Positions 37,808 to 47,656 of a stretch of DNA of 64,000 nucleotides are shown here, piece by piece. The position numbers and the translations under genes are program-made. A model generated the notes under the pieces. That model did not search any database. It saw only the letters and a program-made list of their open reading frames with translations, and was not told the DNA's origin. This stretch comes from a bacterium (GTDB lineage: Bacteria; Patescibacteriota; Patescibacteriia; Patescibacteriales; Patescibacteriaceae): assembly GCA_035351315.1 (NCBI GenBank), contig DAOPVX010000002.1:23717-87716 (forward strand), in the 5' to 3' direction. How positions within the stretch are numbered: the first letter of the stretch is position 1; each line of letters begins with the position of its first letter.

Positions 37808-37925
37808 AATTTTAGATTTATTATCAAAAAATAAACTAATTTAACCATTAGTCTTTAACTACCATAGCAAGTTTTGCTAAAATAATCAAGGCGTGTTAAT
37901 CTGAGAACAGTTAATAATCAAGTTT

Positions 37926-38522
37926 ATGATTAGTTTATTTCAAATCATTATTTTTTTATTGTCAGCTATTTTGCATGAATATGGCCATGCCTGGATGGCG
38001 ATGCGCCTAGGTGATGATACTGCCGAGCGAGCTGGCCGATTAACCCTTAATCCATTGGCCCATCTAGATTTGTTTGGTTCTTTATTATTGCCGGGTATAT
38101 TAATTTTAACAGGATCGCCGGTAGTTTTTGGTTATGCCAAGCCAGTGCCGATTAATTTACATAATTTGCGTGGCGGATTGGCTGGCCAGGCTAAAGTCGC
38201 TTTAGCAGGACCGGCGGCTAATTTGTTGTTAGCTCTAGCGGCCGCCGGGTCTATTCGTTACTTGGCGGGCGGTCTAATCTCGGAGTGGGGGCAGCTTTTA
38301 GCGGTGGTTGTCTTGATTAATTTAGTGTTGATGGTTTTTAATTTATTGCCGATTCCGCCGCTGGATGGTTCTAAAATTTTAGTAACTATTTTGCCAAAAT
38401 CGTGGCGCTATTCTTATCTAGCGACCGAGCGCTGGGGTTTCTTTATTTTATTAGCGATTATGTTAACTTGGCCGGAGCTGCTTTATTATCCGGTTAGTTG
38501 GCTGCTCAGCATTCTCTTGTAA
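37926..38522 (+). CDS. Site-2 protease family (M50) membrane metalloprotease
   Basis: HEYGHAW (HExxH) in the first TM helix, plus FNLLPIPPLDGSK. Confidence 0.85.
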   Translation: MISLFQIIIFLLSAILHEYGHAWMAMRLGDDTAERAGRLTLNPLAHLDLFGSLLLPGILILTGSPVVFGYAKPVPINLHNLRGGLAGQAKVALAGPAANLLLALAAAGSIRYLAGGLISEWGQLLAVVVLINLVLMVFNLLPIPPLDGSKILVTILPKSWRYSYLATERWGFFILLAIMLTWPELLYYPVSWLLSILL

Positions 38523-38526
38523 AGCC

Positions 38527-38555
38527 TTGACTTCCCGATTCCTTTCTGCTAAATT
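38527..38555 (+). promoter_or_regulatory. Sigma70-like promoter of the str operon
   Basis: TTGACT (38527-38532), a 17-nt spacer, then TAAATT (38550-38555). Confidence 0.45.
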
Positions 38556-38640
38556 AATAAGCAACTAAGCACAATTCCTGGCTCGGATTGCCAGATTTAT
38601 TTTAATTTTTAAGAAGAAAACTTAGGTTTTTATTGTTATT

Positions 38641-39063
38641 ATGCCAACTATTAATCAGTTAGTCCGTAAGCCGCGCACGACCATCAGCCAGAAGAGCAAG
38701 TCGCCAGCCATGCAGGTTACAATGGATTCGTTGCATCGCAAGCGAAATATTATTCAACAAGGTTCGCCATTTAAGCGCGGCGTTTGTTTAAAAGTAACCA
38801 CCACCACGCCGAAGAAACCGAACTCCGCTTTACGTAAGATTGCTCGTGTCCGCTTGTCTAATGGCATGGAGGTTACCGCTTACATTCCGGGCGTTGGTCA
38901 TAATTTACAAGAACACTCCATTGTTTTAATCAAGGGCGGCCGCACTAAAGATTTGCCCGGTGTCCGCTATAAGGTTATTCGTGGTGTTTATGATACTCAG
39001 GGTGTTGACGGCCGTCGCCAGAGCCGTAGTCTCTATGGCGCCAAAGCCCCTAAAGCTAAATAA
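38641..39063 (+). CDS. rpsL: 30S ribosomal protein S12 (with an N-proximal insertion)
   Basis: [33 protein letters not shown] and [12 protein letters not shown]. Confidence 0.96.
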   Translation: MPTINQLVRKPRTTISQKSKSPAMQVTMDSLHRKRNIIQQGSPFKRGVCLKVTTTTPKKPNSALRKIARVRLSNGMEVTAYIPGVGHNLQEHSIVLIKGGRTKDLPGVRYKVIRGVYDTQGVDGRRQSRSLYGAKAPKAK

Positions 39064-39077
39064 TTTTGTAGACTAAT

Positions 39078-39548
39078 ATGCGAGGAAAACAGGCGCCTAA
39101 GCGCGAAATAGTCGGTGATCCGAAGTATAATGATTTGGAAATCGCCAAACTAATTAATTATTTAATGAAAAACGGCAAGAAAACTACTGCTGAACGTATC
39201 GTTTACGATTGTTTTGATATCTTAAAAGAAGAAACCAAGCAAGAGCCGCGTCATATCTTTAATAAAGGCTTAAAAATGATTTGTCCGTTAGTGGAAGTTC
39301 GTAGCCGTCGGGTTGGTGGGTCTAATTATCAGGTACCGCATCAGGTGCGCGGCGATCGTCGTTTTACTTTAGGCTGCCGTTGGTTATTGACAGCTGCTCG
39401 GGCTCGTAAAGGTCGTTCCATGGCTGAAAAATTAGCTGCCGAGATTCTGGACAGCATCAAGGGTGAGAGCGCTTCGGTTAAAAAGAAGCTAGACGTTCAT
39501 CGTATGGCTGAAGCCAATAAGGCTTTTGCTCATTTTGCCCGCCACTAG
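39078..39548 (+). CDS. rpsG: 30S ribosomal protein S7
   Basis: DPKYND, KNGKKTTAERIVY, VEVRSRRVGGSNYQVP and ANKAFAHF. Confidence 0.96.
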   Translation: MRGKQAPKREIVGDPKYNDLEIAKLINYLMKNGKKTTAERIVYDCFDILKEETKQEPRHIFNKGLKMICPLVEVRSRRVGGSNYQVPHQVRGDRRFTLGCRWLLTAARARKGRSMAEKLAAEILDSIKGESASVKKKLDVHRMAEANKAFAHFARH

Positions 39549-39556
39549 TTTTTATT

Positions 39557-39594
39557 AAAACCGACCGATTTTTGACGAGTTCGTCGGTTTTTTA
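39557..39594 (+). terminator. Hairpin plus T-run between rpsG and fusA (attenuator or partial terminator)
   Basis: AAAACCGAC (39557-39565) pairs with GTCGGTTTT (39583-39591), followed by TTT. Confidence 0.45.
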
Positions 39595-39624
39595 ATCTGC
39601 AAATTTTATTTTACTTTAATTTTT

Positions 39625-41700
39625 ATGCGTGAATTCAAGTTAGAAAACACTAGGAATATCGGAATCATGGCTCACATTGACGCCGGTAAAACTACTTTTA
39701 CTGAGCGGGTTCTTTTTTATACTGGCAAGAAGCACAAAATCGGTGAAACTCATGATGGTCAAGCCGATATGGATTGGATGGAACAGGAGAAAGAGCGGGG
39801 AATTACTATTACCTCAGCCGCCACGACTTGTTTTTGGAAAAATAATCGGATTAATATTATTGATACTCCCGGTCACGTTGATTTTACAGTTGAAGTTGAA
39901 CGATCGTTACGGGTGCTAGACGGCGCGGTGGCGGTTTTTGATGGCGCGGCCGGTGTCGAGCCACAATCAGAAACGGTTTGGCGTCAGGCGGATAAATATC
40001 ACGTGCCACGTTTATGCTTCGTTAACAAGATGGACAAGATGGGGGCTGATTTTATTATGAGCTTAAACTCTATCCGCGATCGCCTTAACTCCAAAGCGGT
40101 CGCTATCCAATTACCGATTGGCGCTGAAGATAATTTAGTCGGTATTATTGATTTATTACTTGAAAAGGCTTATGAATTTCATGGCCAGAATGGCGAGCAA
40201 ATTACCGAGATTGAAATACCGGCTAATCTTAAAGATAAGGTTGCCAAATATCGCCATGAGATGATTGAAAAGATTGTTGAGTTGGATGAATCGTTAACGG
40301 AAAAATATCTTAATGGTGATGAGGTTAATGTTGACGACCTTAAGAAAGCTTTGCGCAAGGGAGTTGTTAATAATGAGATTTATCCGGTTCTCTGCGGCGC
40401 TGCTTTAAAAAATATTGGTATCCAGCAGGTTTTAGACGCAGTTAATGAATATTTACCATCACCGCTTGATGTTCCCGAGATTGAGGCCCACGAGGTTGGC
40501 GATGATAGCAAGAAAATTATTATCAAACCAGACGACAATGGTCCTTTTGTAGCTCTGGCTTTTAAAATTGCCACTGATCCGTTTGTCGGTCGCTTGTGCT
40601 TTGTTCGTGTTTATAGCGGCGTCTTGCGTTCTGGATCTTATGTTACTAATTCCGCCAATGGCCGCAAAGAAAGAATCGGTCGTTTGGTCCGGATGCACGC
40701 CAATCATCGCGAAGAAATTAACGAAATTTATTCCGGCGACATCGCCGCAGTTATCGGCTTAAAGGAAACTATTACCGGCAATACTTTATGCGATGAAGGT
40801 CAAAATATTTGTCTAGAATCAATTAGTTTTCCGGAACCGGTCATTAAAATTGCCGTTGAACCAAAAACTAAAGTTGATCAAGAGAAGATGGGTATCGCTT
40901 TGGGGCGTCTAGCTGAAGAAGATCCGACCTTCCTAGTTGAGACTGATGGAGAGACTAATCAAACTTTGATTTCTGGTATGGGCGAGCTGCATTTGGATAT
41001 TATTGTTGACCGCATGCGTCGTGAATTTGGTGTTGAAGCTAATGTTGGCCAGCCGCAGGTTTCTTATCGTGAAACTATCCGTCAAGATGCCGAAGCCGAA
41101 GGTAAATATATCAAGCAGTCAGGCGGTCGCGGTCAGTATGGCCATTGCTGGTTACGCATCGGGCCACAGGCTGAAGGCCAGGGCTCTGAGTTCGTTGATG
41201 AAGTTAAAGGCGGCGTTATTCCGCGCGAATATATTCCAGCTATTGAAAAAGGCTTTCGTGAAGCTTTAGATAAAGGTGTTTTGGCTGGTTATCCCATAGT
41301 TGATGTTCGATGTGCTGTTTATGACGGTTCCTACCATGAAGTTGATTCTAGCGAGGCAGCCTTTAAGATGGCGGCCGTTATGGCCTTTAAAGATGCCTGC
41401 CGTAAAGCTCGTCCGGTTTTGTTAGAGCCAATTATGAAAGTTGAGGTAACTACTCCGGAAGAATACATGGGCAATGTCATTGGTGATTTAAATGCTAAAC
41501 GCGGGCAGATTGACCATATGTCTGATCGTGGTAAACTAAAAATTATTGATGCTAAAGTACCGTTGGCGGAAATGTTTGGTTATGCCACTCAATTGCGGTC
41601 AATGAGCCAAGGCCGCGCTAATTATAGCATGGAATTTTTACATTATAACGAGGTGCCAAGAAATGTCGCCGAGCAGATTATCGGCAAGTCCGGTAAATAA
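39625..41700 (+). CDS. fusA: Elongation factor G
   Basis: [22 protein letters not shown] and NKMD, with full five-domain length (691 aa). Confidence 0.97.
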   Translation: MREFKLENTRNIGIMAHIDAGKTTFTERVLFYTGKKHKIGETHDGQADMDWMEQEKERGITITSAATTCFWKNNRINIIDTPGHVDFTVEVERSLRVLDGAVAVFDGAAGVEPQSETVWRQADKYHVPRLCFVNKMDKMGADFIMSLNSIRDRLNSKAVAIQLPIGAEDNLVGIIDLLLEKAYEFHGQNGEQITEIEIPANLKDKVAKYRHEMIEKIVELDESLTEKYLNGDEVNVDDLKKALRKGVVNNEIYPVLCGAALKNIGIQQVLDAVNEYLPSPLDVPEIEAHEVGDDSKKIIIKPDDNGPFVALAFKIATDPFVGRLCFVRVYSGVLRSGSYVTNSANGRKERIGRLVRMHANHREEINEIYSGDIAAVIGLKETITGNTLCDEGQNICLESISFPEPVIKIAVEPKTKVDQEKMGIALGRLAEEDPTFLVETDGETNQTLISGMGELHLDIIVDRMRREFGVEANVGQPQVSYRETIRQDAEAEGKYIKQSGGRGQYGHCWLRIGPQAEGQGSEFVDEVKGGVIPREYIPAIEKGFREALDKGVLAGYPIVDVRCAVYDGSYHEVDSSEAAFKMAAVMAFKDACRKARPVLLEPIMKVEVTTPEEYMGNVIGDLNAKRGQIDHMSDRGKLKIIDAKVPLAEMFGYATQLRSMSQGRANYSMEFLHYNEVPRNVAEQIIGKSGK

Positions 41701-41734
41701 GTAGCTGGCCGTGGTTTGGCTCTCCCCCTAGCCT

Positions 41735-42049
41735 ATGATTAAGAATATTGATCAAATTTTGCGTTTAGCTCAATTAACCGGCGACCGGTTGATTGTTGCT
41801 GACCAACAGAATCCGGAGCGTAGTTTGGCCGTGCTATCGTTGAGCGATTATGAAGAATTATTGTCTCTTGCCGGCTTGACAAAGAAGCAGGGCTTTGCTA
41901 AAGTAGACAATAATGTTGCCAGCCAAGAGGCTGGTAATGTTGCTGTTAATTCCAGTTTTGTGCAAAAACTTGGCCAAAGCCAGGGTAAAAAATCACCGTG
42001 GTCAATTCCGGCTAGCCGACAGGCGGCACAAAAAAATATTGATGATTAA
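41735..42049 (+). CDS. Hypothetical small protein inserted between fusA and tuf
   Basis: A 104-aa ORF. The N-terminal 45 aa (DRLIVADQQNPERSLAVLSLSDYEELL) loosely resemble a Phd/YefM-type fold. The C-terminal half is low complexity. Confidence 0.5.
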   Translation: MIKNIDQILRLAQLTGDRLIVADQQNPERSLAVLSLSDYEELLSLAGLTKKQGFAKVDNNVASQEAGNVAVNSSFVQKLGQSQGKKSPWSIPASRQAAQKNIDD

Positions 42050-42119
42050 TAATTTTATTTAATAAAACTTAATAACCACCCAGCTGGCTAAGCAGCTGTC
42101 TGGTGTTAATCAAGAAACT

Positions 42120-43307
42120 ATGACTGACAAGTACGAACGCAGTAAGCCCCATGTCAATGTCGGCACCATCGGCCATGTTGATCATGGTAAGACCACTTTG
42201 ACTGCGGCTATGTTGACTGTTTTAACTGCCGCTGGCCGCAAGACCAGCCAAAAGAGCGTTGATCAGATTGACTCCGCTCCAGAGGAAAAGGCTCGCGGTA
42301 TTACGATTGCCACTACTCATGTTGAATATGAGTCAGAAAATCGTCACTATGCTCACGTTGACTGTCCTGGTCACGCCGATTATGTCAAGAATATGATTAC
42401 TGGCGCTGCTCAGATGGACGGCGCTATTCTCGTTGTGGCTGCCACTGATGGTCCAATGCCTCAGACTCGCGAGCATATCTTGCTAGCCAGACAGGTTGGC
42501 GTGCCTTATATTGTCGTCTTTTTAAACAAGTGCGACATGGTTGAGGATAAAGAGTTGATTGATTTGGTTGAAGAAGAGGTTCGTGATTTATTAAACAAAT
42601 ACAGTTTCCCTGGCGATACCACCCCAATTATTCGTGGTTCTGCTTTGCAGGCTTTACAGAATCCAACTGGTGAGTATGCTAAATCTATCATGGAACTGAT
42701 TGACACTTTGGATACTTATATTCCTGAACCACAACGCCAAGTTGACAAAGATTTCTTAATGCCGATTGAAGATATTTTTTCCATTGAAGGTCGCGGCACT
42801 GTGGTTACCGGTAGAATTGAACGCGGTATCGTCAAGGTTAGCGACGAAGTTGAGTTAGTTGGCTTAGGTGATACTCGCAAGATTGTAGTTACCGGTGTGG
42901 AAATGTTTAACAAGTCCTTGGATCAAGGTATGGCTGGTGATAATGCCGGTATTCTTTTGCGCGGTATCAAGAAAGATGAAGTTGAACGCGGTCAAGTTTT
43001 AGCCAAGACCGGCTCCATCACTCCGCATACCGAATTTGAGGCCGAGATTTATGTCTTAACCAAGGAAGAGGGTGGCCGTCATAAGCCGTTCTTTAAGGGC
43101 TATAAGCCGCAATTCTATATTCGCACCACTGATGTGACCGGTGAAATAGAATTACCTGAAGGAACTGAGATGGTTATGCCTGGCGATACTGTTACTTTAA
43201 AAGTTAAATTAATTACCCCAATCGCGCTAGAGGACAAGATGCGCTTCGCCATTCGCGAAGGCGGTCGGACTGTTGGTTGTGGTGTGATTTCCAAGATTAT
43301 TAAATAG
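42120..43307 (+). CDS. tuf: Elongation factor Tu
   Basis: [27 protein letters not shown] and NKCD, 395 aa. Confidence 0.98.
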   Translation: MTDKYERSKPHVNVGTIGHVDHGKTTLTAAMLTVLTAAGRKTSQKSVDQIDSAPEEKARGITIATTHVEYESENRHYAHVDCPGHADYVKNMITGAAQMDGAILVVAATDGPMPQTREHILLARQVGVPYIVVFLNKCDMVEDKELIDLVEEEVRDLLNKYSFPGDTTPIIRGSALQALQNPTGEYAKSIMELIDTLDTYIPEPQRQVDKDFLMPIEDIFSIEGRGTVVTGRIERGIVKVSDEVELVGLGDTRKIVVTGVEMFNKSLDQGMAGDNAGILLRGIKKDEVERGQVLAKTGSITPHTEFEAEIYVLTKEEGGRHKPFFKGYKPQFYIRTTDVTGEIELPEGTEMVMPGDTVTLKVKLITPIALEDKMRFAIREGGRTVGCGVISKIIK

Positions 43308-43320
43308 AAGATAGATAGTC

Positions 43321-43361
43321 CTGCTGCCACGCCTGGTGGCAGGATTATTCTGTTTTTTTAT
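43321..43361 (+). terminator. Rho-independent terminator after tuf
   Basis: TCCTGCTGCCA (43321-43331) pairs with TGGTGGCAGGA (43336-43346), 11 bp including two G-U pairs. A T-run follows at 43354-43361. Confidence 0.65.
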
Positions 43362-43383
43362 AGATTAATAAACAGCTAAAAAC

Positions 43384-43719
43384 ATGCCTGACAAGAAAGC
43401 CGCACCTGCCGACTACAAGCAGAGGATTAGAATTAAAATTCGCGCTTTTGATCACAAGATTATCGATCAATCAACTAAAACGATTATCGATACTGTGCAA
43501 CGGACTGGCGCCAAAATTTATGGGCCGATTCCGTTGCCAACTGAAAAAAAGAAATATACTGTCAACAGCTCAACCTTTGTTCATAAGAATGCTCGCGACC
43601 AGTATGAGATGCGCATTCATAAGCGTTTATTAGATATTATTGATCCGGCTACTAAGACGGTGGAATCATTGATGAATTTGAGCTTACCAGCCGGTGTTGA
43701 TTTGGAAATTAAGATGTAA
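43384..43719 (+). CDS. rpsJ: 30S ribosomal protein S10
   Basis: [17 protein letters not shown]...GPIPLPT...[21 protein letters not shown]. Confidence 0.96.
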   Translation: MPDKKAAPADYKQRIRIKIRAFDHKIIDQSTKTIIDTVQRTGAKIYGPIPLPTEKKKYTVNSSTFVHKNARDQYEMRIHKRLLDIIDPATKTVESLMNLSLPAGVDLEIKM

Positions 43720-43943
43720 AATACCAATTTATTTGGTTTTTAGATAGTTTTTGGTTTAGTCAGGGTTTAAAAAACCTCGCGGATTTTTTCCGCCGAGAAG
43801 TCTTTGAACCGACAGCTGAACCAATGGGAGAAATTTTTCGTTAAATTCAGTTCAACAAAATTAGATCAACCTCTATGGTTAATTGGTTTTGCGGTGCTGG
43901 TTTTTGCGGAAAAGCCAGTTTTTATTTTTAAGGTGATCCGGTT

Positions 43944-44810
43944 ATGAAGTTTATTTTAGGCAAAAAATTGTCCATGACCCAGATTTGGCGCAATAACCTT
44001 GTTGTCCCGGTGACTCGTATTCAGGTGGAACCCTGCGTGATTACGCAGATTAAAACTGTTGCAACTGATGGTTACCGAGCCGTTCAGTTGGCTACCGGTA
44101 AGCGCAAAATCAAAAATATCGCCAAGCCGCAACGTGGTCATTTTGGTGCTTGGGGCAATTTTCAATACCTGCGCGAATTCAATTTAGATCAAGAGAAGGA
44201 ACAGCCAGAAGCCAATTGGCAAGCTGGACAACAAGTTGCGATTAACAGTTTTATTCCCGGTGATCGGGTTCAAGTAACATCAACTAGCAAGGGCCGTGGT
44301 TTTCAGGGCGGCGTTAAGCGGCATGGTTTTCGTGGTCAAGGTCGCACCCATGGTGTTAAAGATCAGCAGAGAATGCCTGGTTCAGTCGGAGCGACTGGTC
44401 CAGCCCACATTTTTAAAGGAACACGCATGGCTGGCCGTATGGGTGGTGAGCAAGTGACTATTAAGAATTTAGAGGTTGTTGAGGTTGATGAAGCTAATAG
44501 TTTTATTTATTTGAAGGGGGCGGTGCCCGGTTGGACTAATGGTTGGGTGTCAATTGTTGGATCTGGCGATTTATTGATTGTCGAGCCGGCGGCTGCCGTT
44601 GAAGAAGTTGAGACACCAGTTATGGAAGATATTGTCGAAGCAGCTGCTCATGATACCGAAGGAAGTGTTAATCCAGAAGAAAACGCTGATTCGATTGTTG
44701 AAGATGCTATTGAATCAGCAACTAAGGAGGAACCGGCGGCCGAAACCGAGGCTGATGCTGAAGAAAAAGCAGTGGCTGAGGAAGCGGCGGCCAATGAACC
44801 AGCAGCTTAA
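43944..44810 (+). CDS. rplC: 50S ribosomal protein L3 with an acidic C-terminal tail of about 75 aa
   Basis: LGKKLSMTQIW, TSKGRGFQGGVKRHGF and GSVGATGPAHIFKGTRMAGRMG. A strong SD, AAGGTGATC, ends 5 nt before the ATG. Confidence 0.95.
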   Translation: MKFILGKKLSMTQIWRNNLVVPVTRIQVEPCVITQIKTVATDGYRAVQLATGKRKIKNIAKPQRGHFGAWGNFQYLREFNLDQEKEQPEANWQAGQQVAINSFIPGDRVQVTSTSKGRGFQGGVKRHGFRGQGRTHGVKDQQRMPGSVGATGPAHIFKGTRMAGRMGGEQVTIKNLEVVEVDEANSFIYLKGAVPGWTNGWVSIVGSGDLLIVEPAAAVEEVETPVMEDIVEAAAHDTEGSVNPEENADSIVEDAIESATKEEPAAETEADAEEKAVAEEAAANEPAA

Positions 44811-44833
44811 TTTGCTTAGCTAAATTAACCGTT

Positions 44834-45502
44834 ATGATTAAATATCAAGTTTACAATCAACAGGCTGAAGTCGTTGGCGATCAAGAGCTAAGCCAAGAGG
44901 TTTTTGGTGTGGCTATTAATCCAGCTTTAGTTCATCAAGCGATGGTCGCTCAGCTAGCCAACACTCGTTCAGTGATTGCCGATACTAAGGATCGCAGCGA
45001 AGTCAGAGGTGGCGGCAAGAAGCCATGGAAGCAGAAAGGCACTGGCCGCGCTCGGGCTGGTTCTAACCGTAGTCCGATTTGGATTGGTGGTGGTGTCACT
45101 TTCGGTCCGACTAATGATCGTAATTTTACTAAAAAGATTAATAAAAAAATGCTGAGTAAGGCCATCTGTATGGTTTTTAGCGATCGGGTCGCCAGTCATG
45201 ATTTGATTATTGTTGATGATTTGACGGTTAAAGACGGCAAGACCAAGGAATTAAAAGCAATTATTGAAAAATTATTAGCGGCTGATCAGCAAGGTAGTCA
45301 AGTGGCTAAGCCGCGGACTCTTATTTTGACCGGCAGCAGCATTGACTCTGTCAAGTTGGCTGGCCGCAATTTGCCACGAGTTCAGATTTTGAATGATCAG
45401 AATATTAATGTGGTCAGCTTGCTGCGGGCTAATAAATTTATTATTAGTCAGCAGGCGATTGCCAGTCTGCAGCAGCGTTACGGCACTGTGGCCGCTAAAT
45501 AA
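44834..45502 (+). CDS. rplD: 50S ribosomal protein L4
   Basis: RGGGKKPWKQKGTGRARAGSNRSPIWIGGGVTFGP. Confidence 0.96.
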   Translation: MIKYQVYNQQAEVVGDQELSQEVFGVAINPALVHQAMVAQLANTRSVIADTKDRSEVRGGGKKPWKQKGTGRARAGSNRSPIWIGGGVTFGPTNDRNFTKKINKKMLSKAICMVFSDRVASHDLIIVDDLTVKDGKTKELKAIIEKLLAADQQGSQVAKPRTLILTGSSIDSVKLAGRNLPRVQILNDQNINVVSLLRANKFIISQQAIASLQQRYGTVAAK

Positions 45503-45523
45503 GCTATTTGTTAAGATATCAGT

Positions 45524-45883
45524 ATGGAAAAGCAGAATAATAGTACGGCGGTTGTTGATGAGAAGATCGCCCAAGCCGATCGTCAGACGATTCGCCGCGG
45601 CCAATTGGCTGGAGTATTGATTAAGCCAGTGGTGACTGAGAAAGCGACGGCTGTCAATCATTTAAATCAATATGTTTTTATGGTGGCTAATAAGGCCAAT
45701 AAGATTGATATTGCTAAAGCTGTGCTGGTTTTTTATGGTATTGAACCGGTCGCGGTCAATATTATCAATGTGGCTGGCAAAAAAGTAGCGCGCGGCAAGA
45801 TCAAGGGCCAGCGTAATGATTGGAAAAAAGCCATTGTGACTTTGCCGGCTGGCAAGACCATTCAGATTTATGAGGGTGTGTAA
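45524..45883 (+). CDS. rplW: 50S ribosomal protein L23 (N-terminally extended)
   Basis: LIKPVVTEKAT...YVFMVANKANKIDIAKAV, and its position between rplD and rplB. Confidence 0.9.
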   Translation: MEKQNNSTAVVDEKIAQADRQTIRRGQLAGVLIKPVVTEKATAVNHLNQYVFMVANKANKIDIAKAVLVFYGIEPVAVNIINVAGKKVARGKIKGQRNDWKKAIVTLPAGKTIQIYEGV

Positions 45884-45907
45884 TATTTACTAAGTTAAGC
45901 GATGATT

Positions 45908-46747
45908 ATGCCTATCAGAAAAGTTAAACCGACAACTTCTGGCCTGCGTGGATCCAGTTTTGATAATTTTAGTGATATTACCAGCACCACTCCGGAGCGT
46001 CGGTTATTAGTTATTCGTAAACAAAAAGGTGGTCGCAATAATCAAGGTAAAATTACTGTCCGTCATCGCGGCGGCGGCCACAAGCGTTATATTAGAATCG
46101 TTGATTTCAAGCGCGATAAATTTGATATTCCTGGCCAGGTTATGACCATTGAGTATGATCCTAATCGCGGTGCTCGCTTAGCTTTAGTGCGTTATGCCGA
46201 TGGCGAAAAACGTTATATTATTGCTCCAGTTGATTTGCAAGTTGGTCAGACAATTTTAAGCTCTAAGAAATTAATTGAAATTAAAACGGGTAATGCTTTG
46301 CCATTAGAGTATATTCCCGCCGGCATGCCGGTTCACAATGTTGAATTACGGCCTGGGTTCGGCGGCAAGCTAGCCCGATCGGCTGGTAACGCTTTGTATG
46401 TTATGGGCGTGGAAAAGAAATTTGCTCAATTAAAAATGCCGTCTGGCGAAATCCGTTTAGTCAGCAAGGCCTGTTTGTGCACCGTCGGTCAAGTTGGCAA
46501 CCAGGACATTGCCCGGATTAATTTGGGCAAAGCCGGCCGAAATCGTCATTTAGGTATTCGTCCGACAGTTCGTGGTACTGCCATGAATCCGGTTGATCAT
46601 CCACATGGCGGCGGCGAAGGCAATCAGCCGATTGGTTTGAAATATCCTAAGACCCCTTGGGGTAAGCATGCTTTGGGTGTTCGCACTCGCGACCCGAAAG
46701 CGTCCAGTAATTATTTAATTATCCAACGCCGCAAGAAGAAGCGTTAA
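45908..46747 (+). CDS. rplB: 50S ribosomal protein L2
   Basis: MPIRKVKPTTSGLR, GGRNNQGKITVRHRGGGHKR, and GTAMNPVDHPHGGGEG. An alternative ATG lies 6 nt upstream (45902). Confidence 0.96.
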   Translation: MPIRKVKPTTSGLRGSSFDNFSDITSTTPERRLLVIRKQKGGRNNQGKITVRHRGGGHKRYIRIVDFKRDKFDIPGQVMTIEYDPNRGARLALVRYADGEKRYIIAPVDLQVGQTILSSKKLIEIKTGNALPLEYIPAGMPVHNVELRPGFGGKLARSAGNALYVMGVEKKFAQLKMPSGEIRLVSKACLCTVGQVGNQDIARINLGKAGRNRHLGIRPTVRGTAMNPVDHPHGGGEGNQPIGLKYPKTPWGKHALGVRTRDPKASSNYLIIQRRKKKR

Positions 46748-46774
46748 ACTTTGTTAATTTATATTGACTAGCCT

Positions 46775-47059
46775 ATGTCCAGAAGTTTAAAAAAAGGCCC
46801 TTATATTAATGAACGGTTGATTGCGAAAATCAAGAAATTGGCCGTTGGCGATAAAACTGTTATCAAAACCTGGGATCGTGCTTGCACTATCACTCCAGAA
46901 ATGATCGGTTTTGTTATCGGTGTTCATAATGGTCGTCAGCATATACCGGTGTTGATTAGCGAGAGCATGATCGGCCACAAGCTTGGTGAGTTTTCACCAA
47001 CTCGTAAATTCGTCAGTCATGGCGGCAAGATGGCCAAGGCTCAGGCTAAGGGCAAGTAA
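46775..47059 (+). CDS. rpsS: 30S ribosomal protein S19
   Basis: [21 protein letters not shown] and [13 protein letters not shown]. Confidence 0.96.
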   Translation: MSRSLKKGPYINERLIAKIKKLAVGDKTVIKTWDRACTITPEMIGFVIGVHNGRQHIPVLISESMIGHKLGEFSPTRKFVSHGGKMAKAQAKGK

Positions 47060-47085
47060 TTTATTAGCTAACTAAGATTCAGTAT

Positions 47086-47643
47086 ATGGAGATTACCGCA
47101 CAAGCCAAACATATTCGCATTTCGCCCCGCAAAGCCGGCCTAGTTGCTAGTTTAGTTCGCGGCCGCCAAGTCAATGAAGCGTTAGCTCAATTAAAATTTG
47201 TCAATAAAAAGGCCGGTCGTTTTATTAGCAAATTATTGGTATCAGCTATTGCTAACGCCAAGCATAATTATGATTTGACCGCCGACAATCTGACTATTAA
47301 ACAAATTTGGGTCGGCAAAGGCGCTACTTTTCATCGCTGGATGCCTAAGGCGCACGGTCGGGCCACTCCAATCAATAAAACCACTAGCCATATTACTATC
47401 GTTCTGGGCGAAATTAAGGATAGCGGTTTAAAAATTGCTCGGAGAGTTGAGGCTGAAGTGCCGATTAAGTTAAGTGAATTAGCCAGTAAAGGCGAGAGCA
47501 AGAATTTAGATAAGGCTGATCAGGCTAAAGAATTAGCTAATGAAGCCGAAGCCAAGGCTGAGACCTTTGAACAAGCGGCCAAGCGTGATGGTGGTTCTAA
47601 GTCTGGTTTTGTGAAGAAAGTTTTTCAGCGTAAAGCCGGTTAA
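47086..47643 (+). CDS. rplV: 50S ribosomal protein L22 with a C-terminal extension of about 75 aa
   Basis: RISPRKAGLVASLVRGRQVNEAL..L.F and PKAHGRATPINKTTSHITIVL, followed by a Lys/Glu/Ala-rich tail. Confidence 0.93.
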   Translation: MEITAQAKHIRISPRKAGLVASLVRGRQVNEALAQLKFVNKKAGRFISKLLVSAIANAKHNYDLTADNLTIKQIWVGKGATFHRWMPKAHGRATPINKTTSHITIVLGEIKDSGLKIARRVEAEVPIKLSELASKGESKNLDKADQAKELANEAEAKAETFEQAAKRDGGSKSGFVKKVFQRKAG

Positions 47644-47656
47644 TTAAATTATTCTT

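Noticed and set aside
44578-44823. 81-aa highly basic plus-strand ORF overlapping the L3 tail
   Set aside because: It is the alternative frame of the GAA/GCN-rich acidic tail, which automatically yields Lys/Arg/Leu-rich translation. It has no independent start context.
45275-45661. 128-aa minus-strand ORF
   Set aside because: It is antisense to rplD and rplW inside the conserved ribosomal operon and has no motifs. It is a chance ORF.
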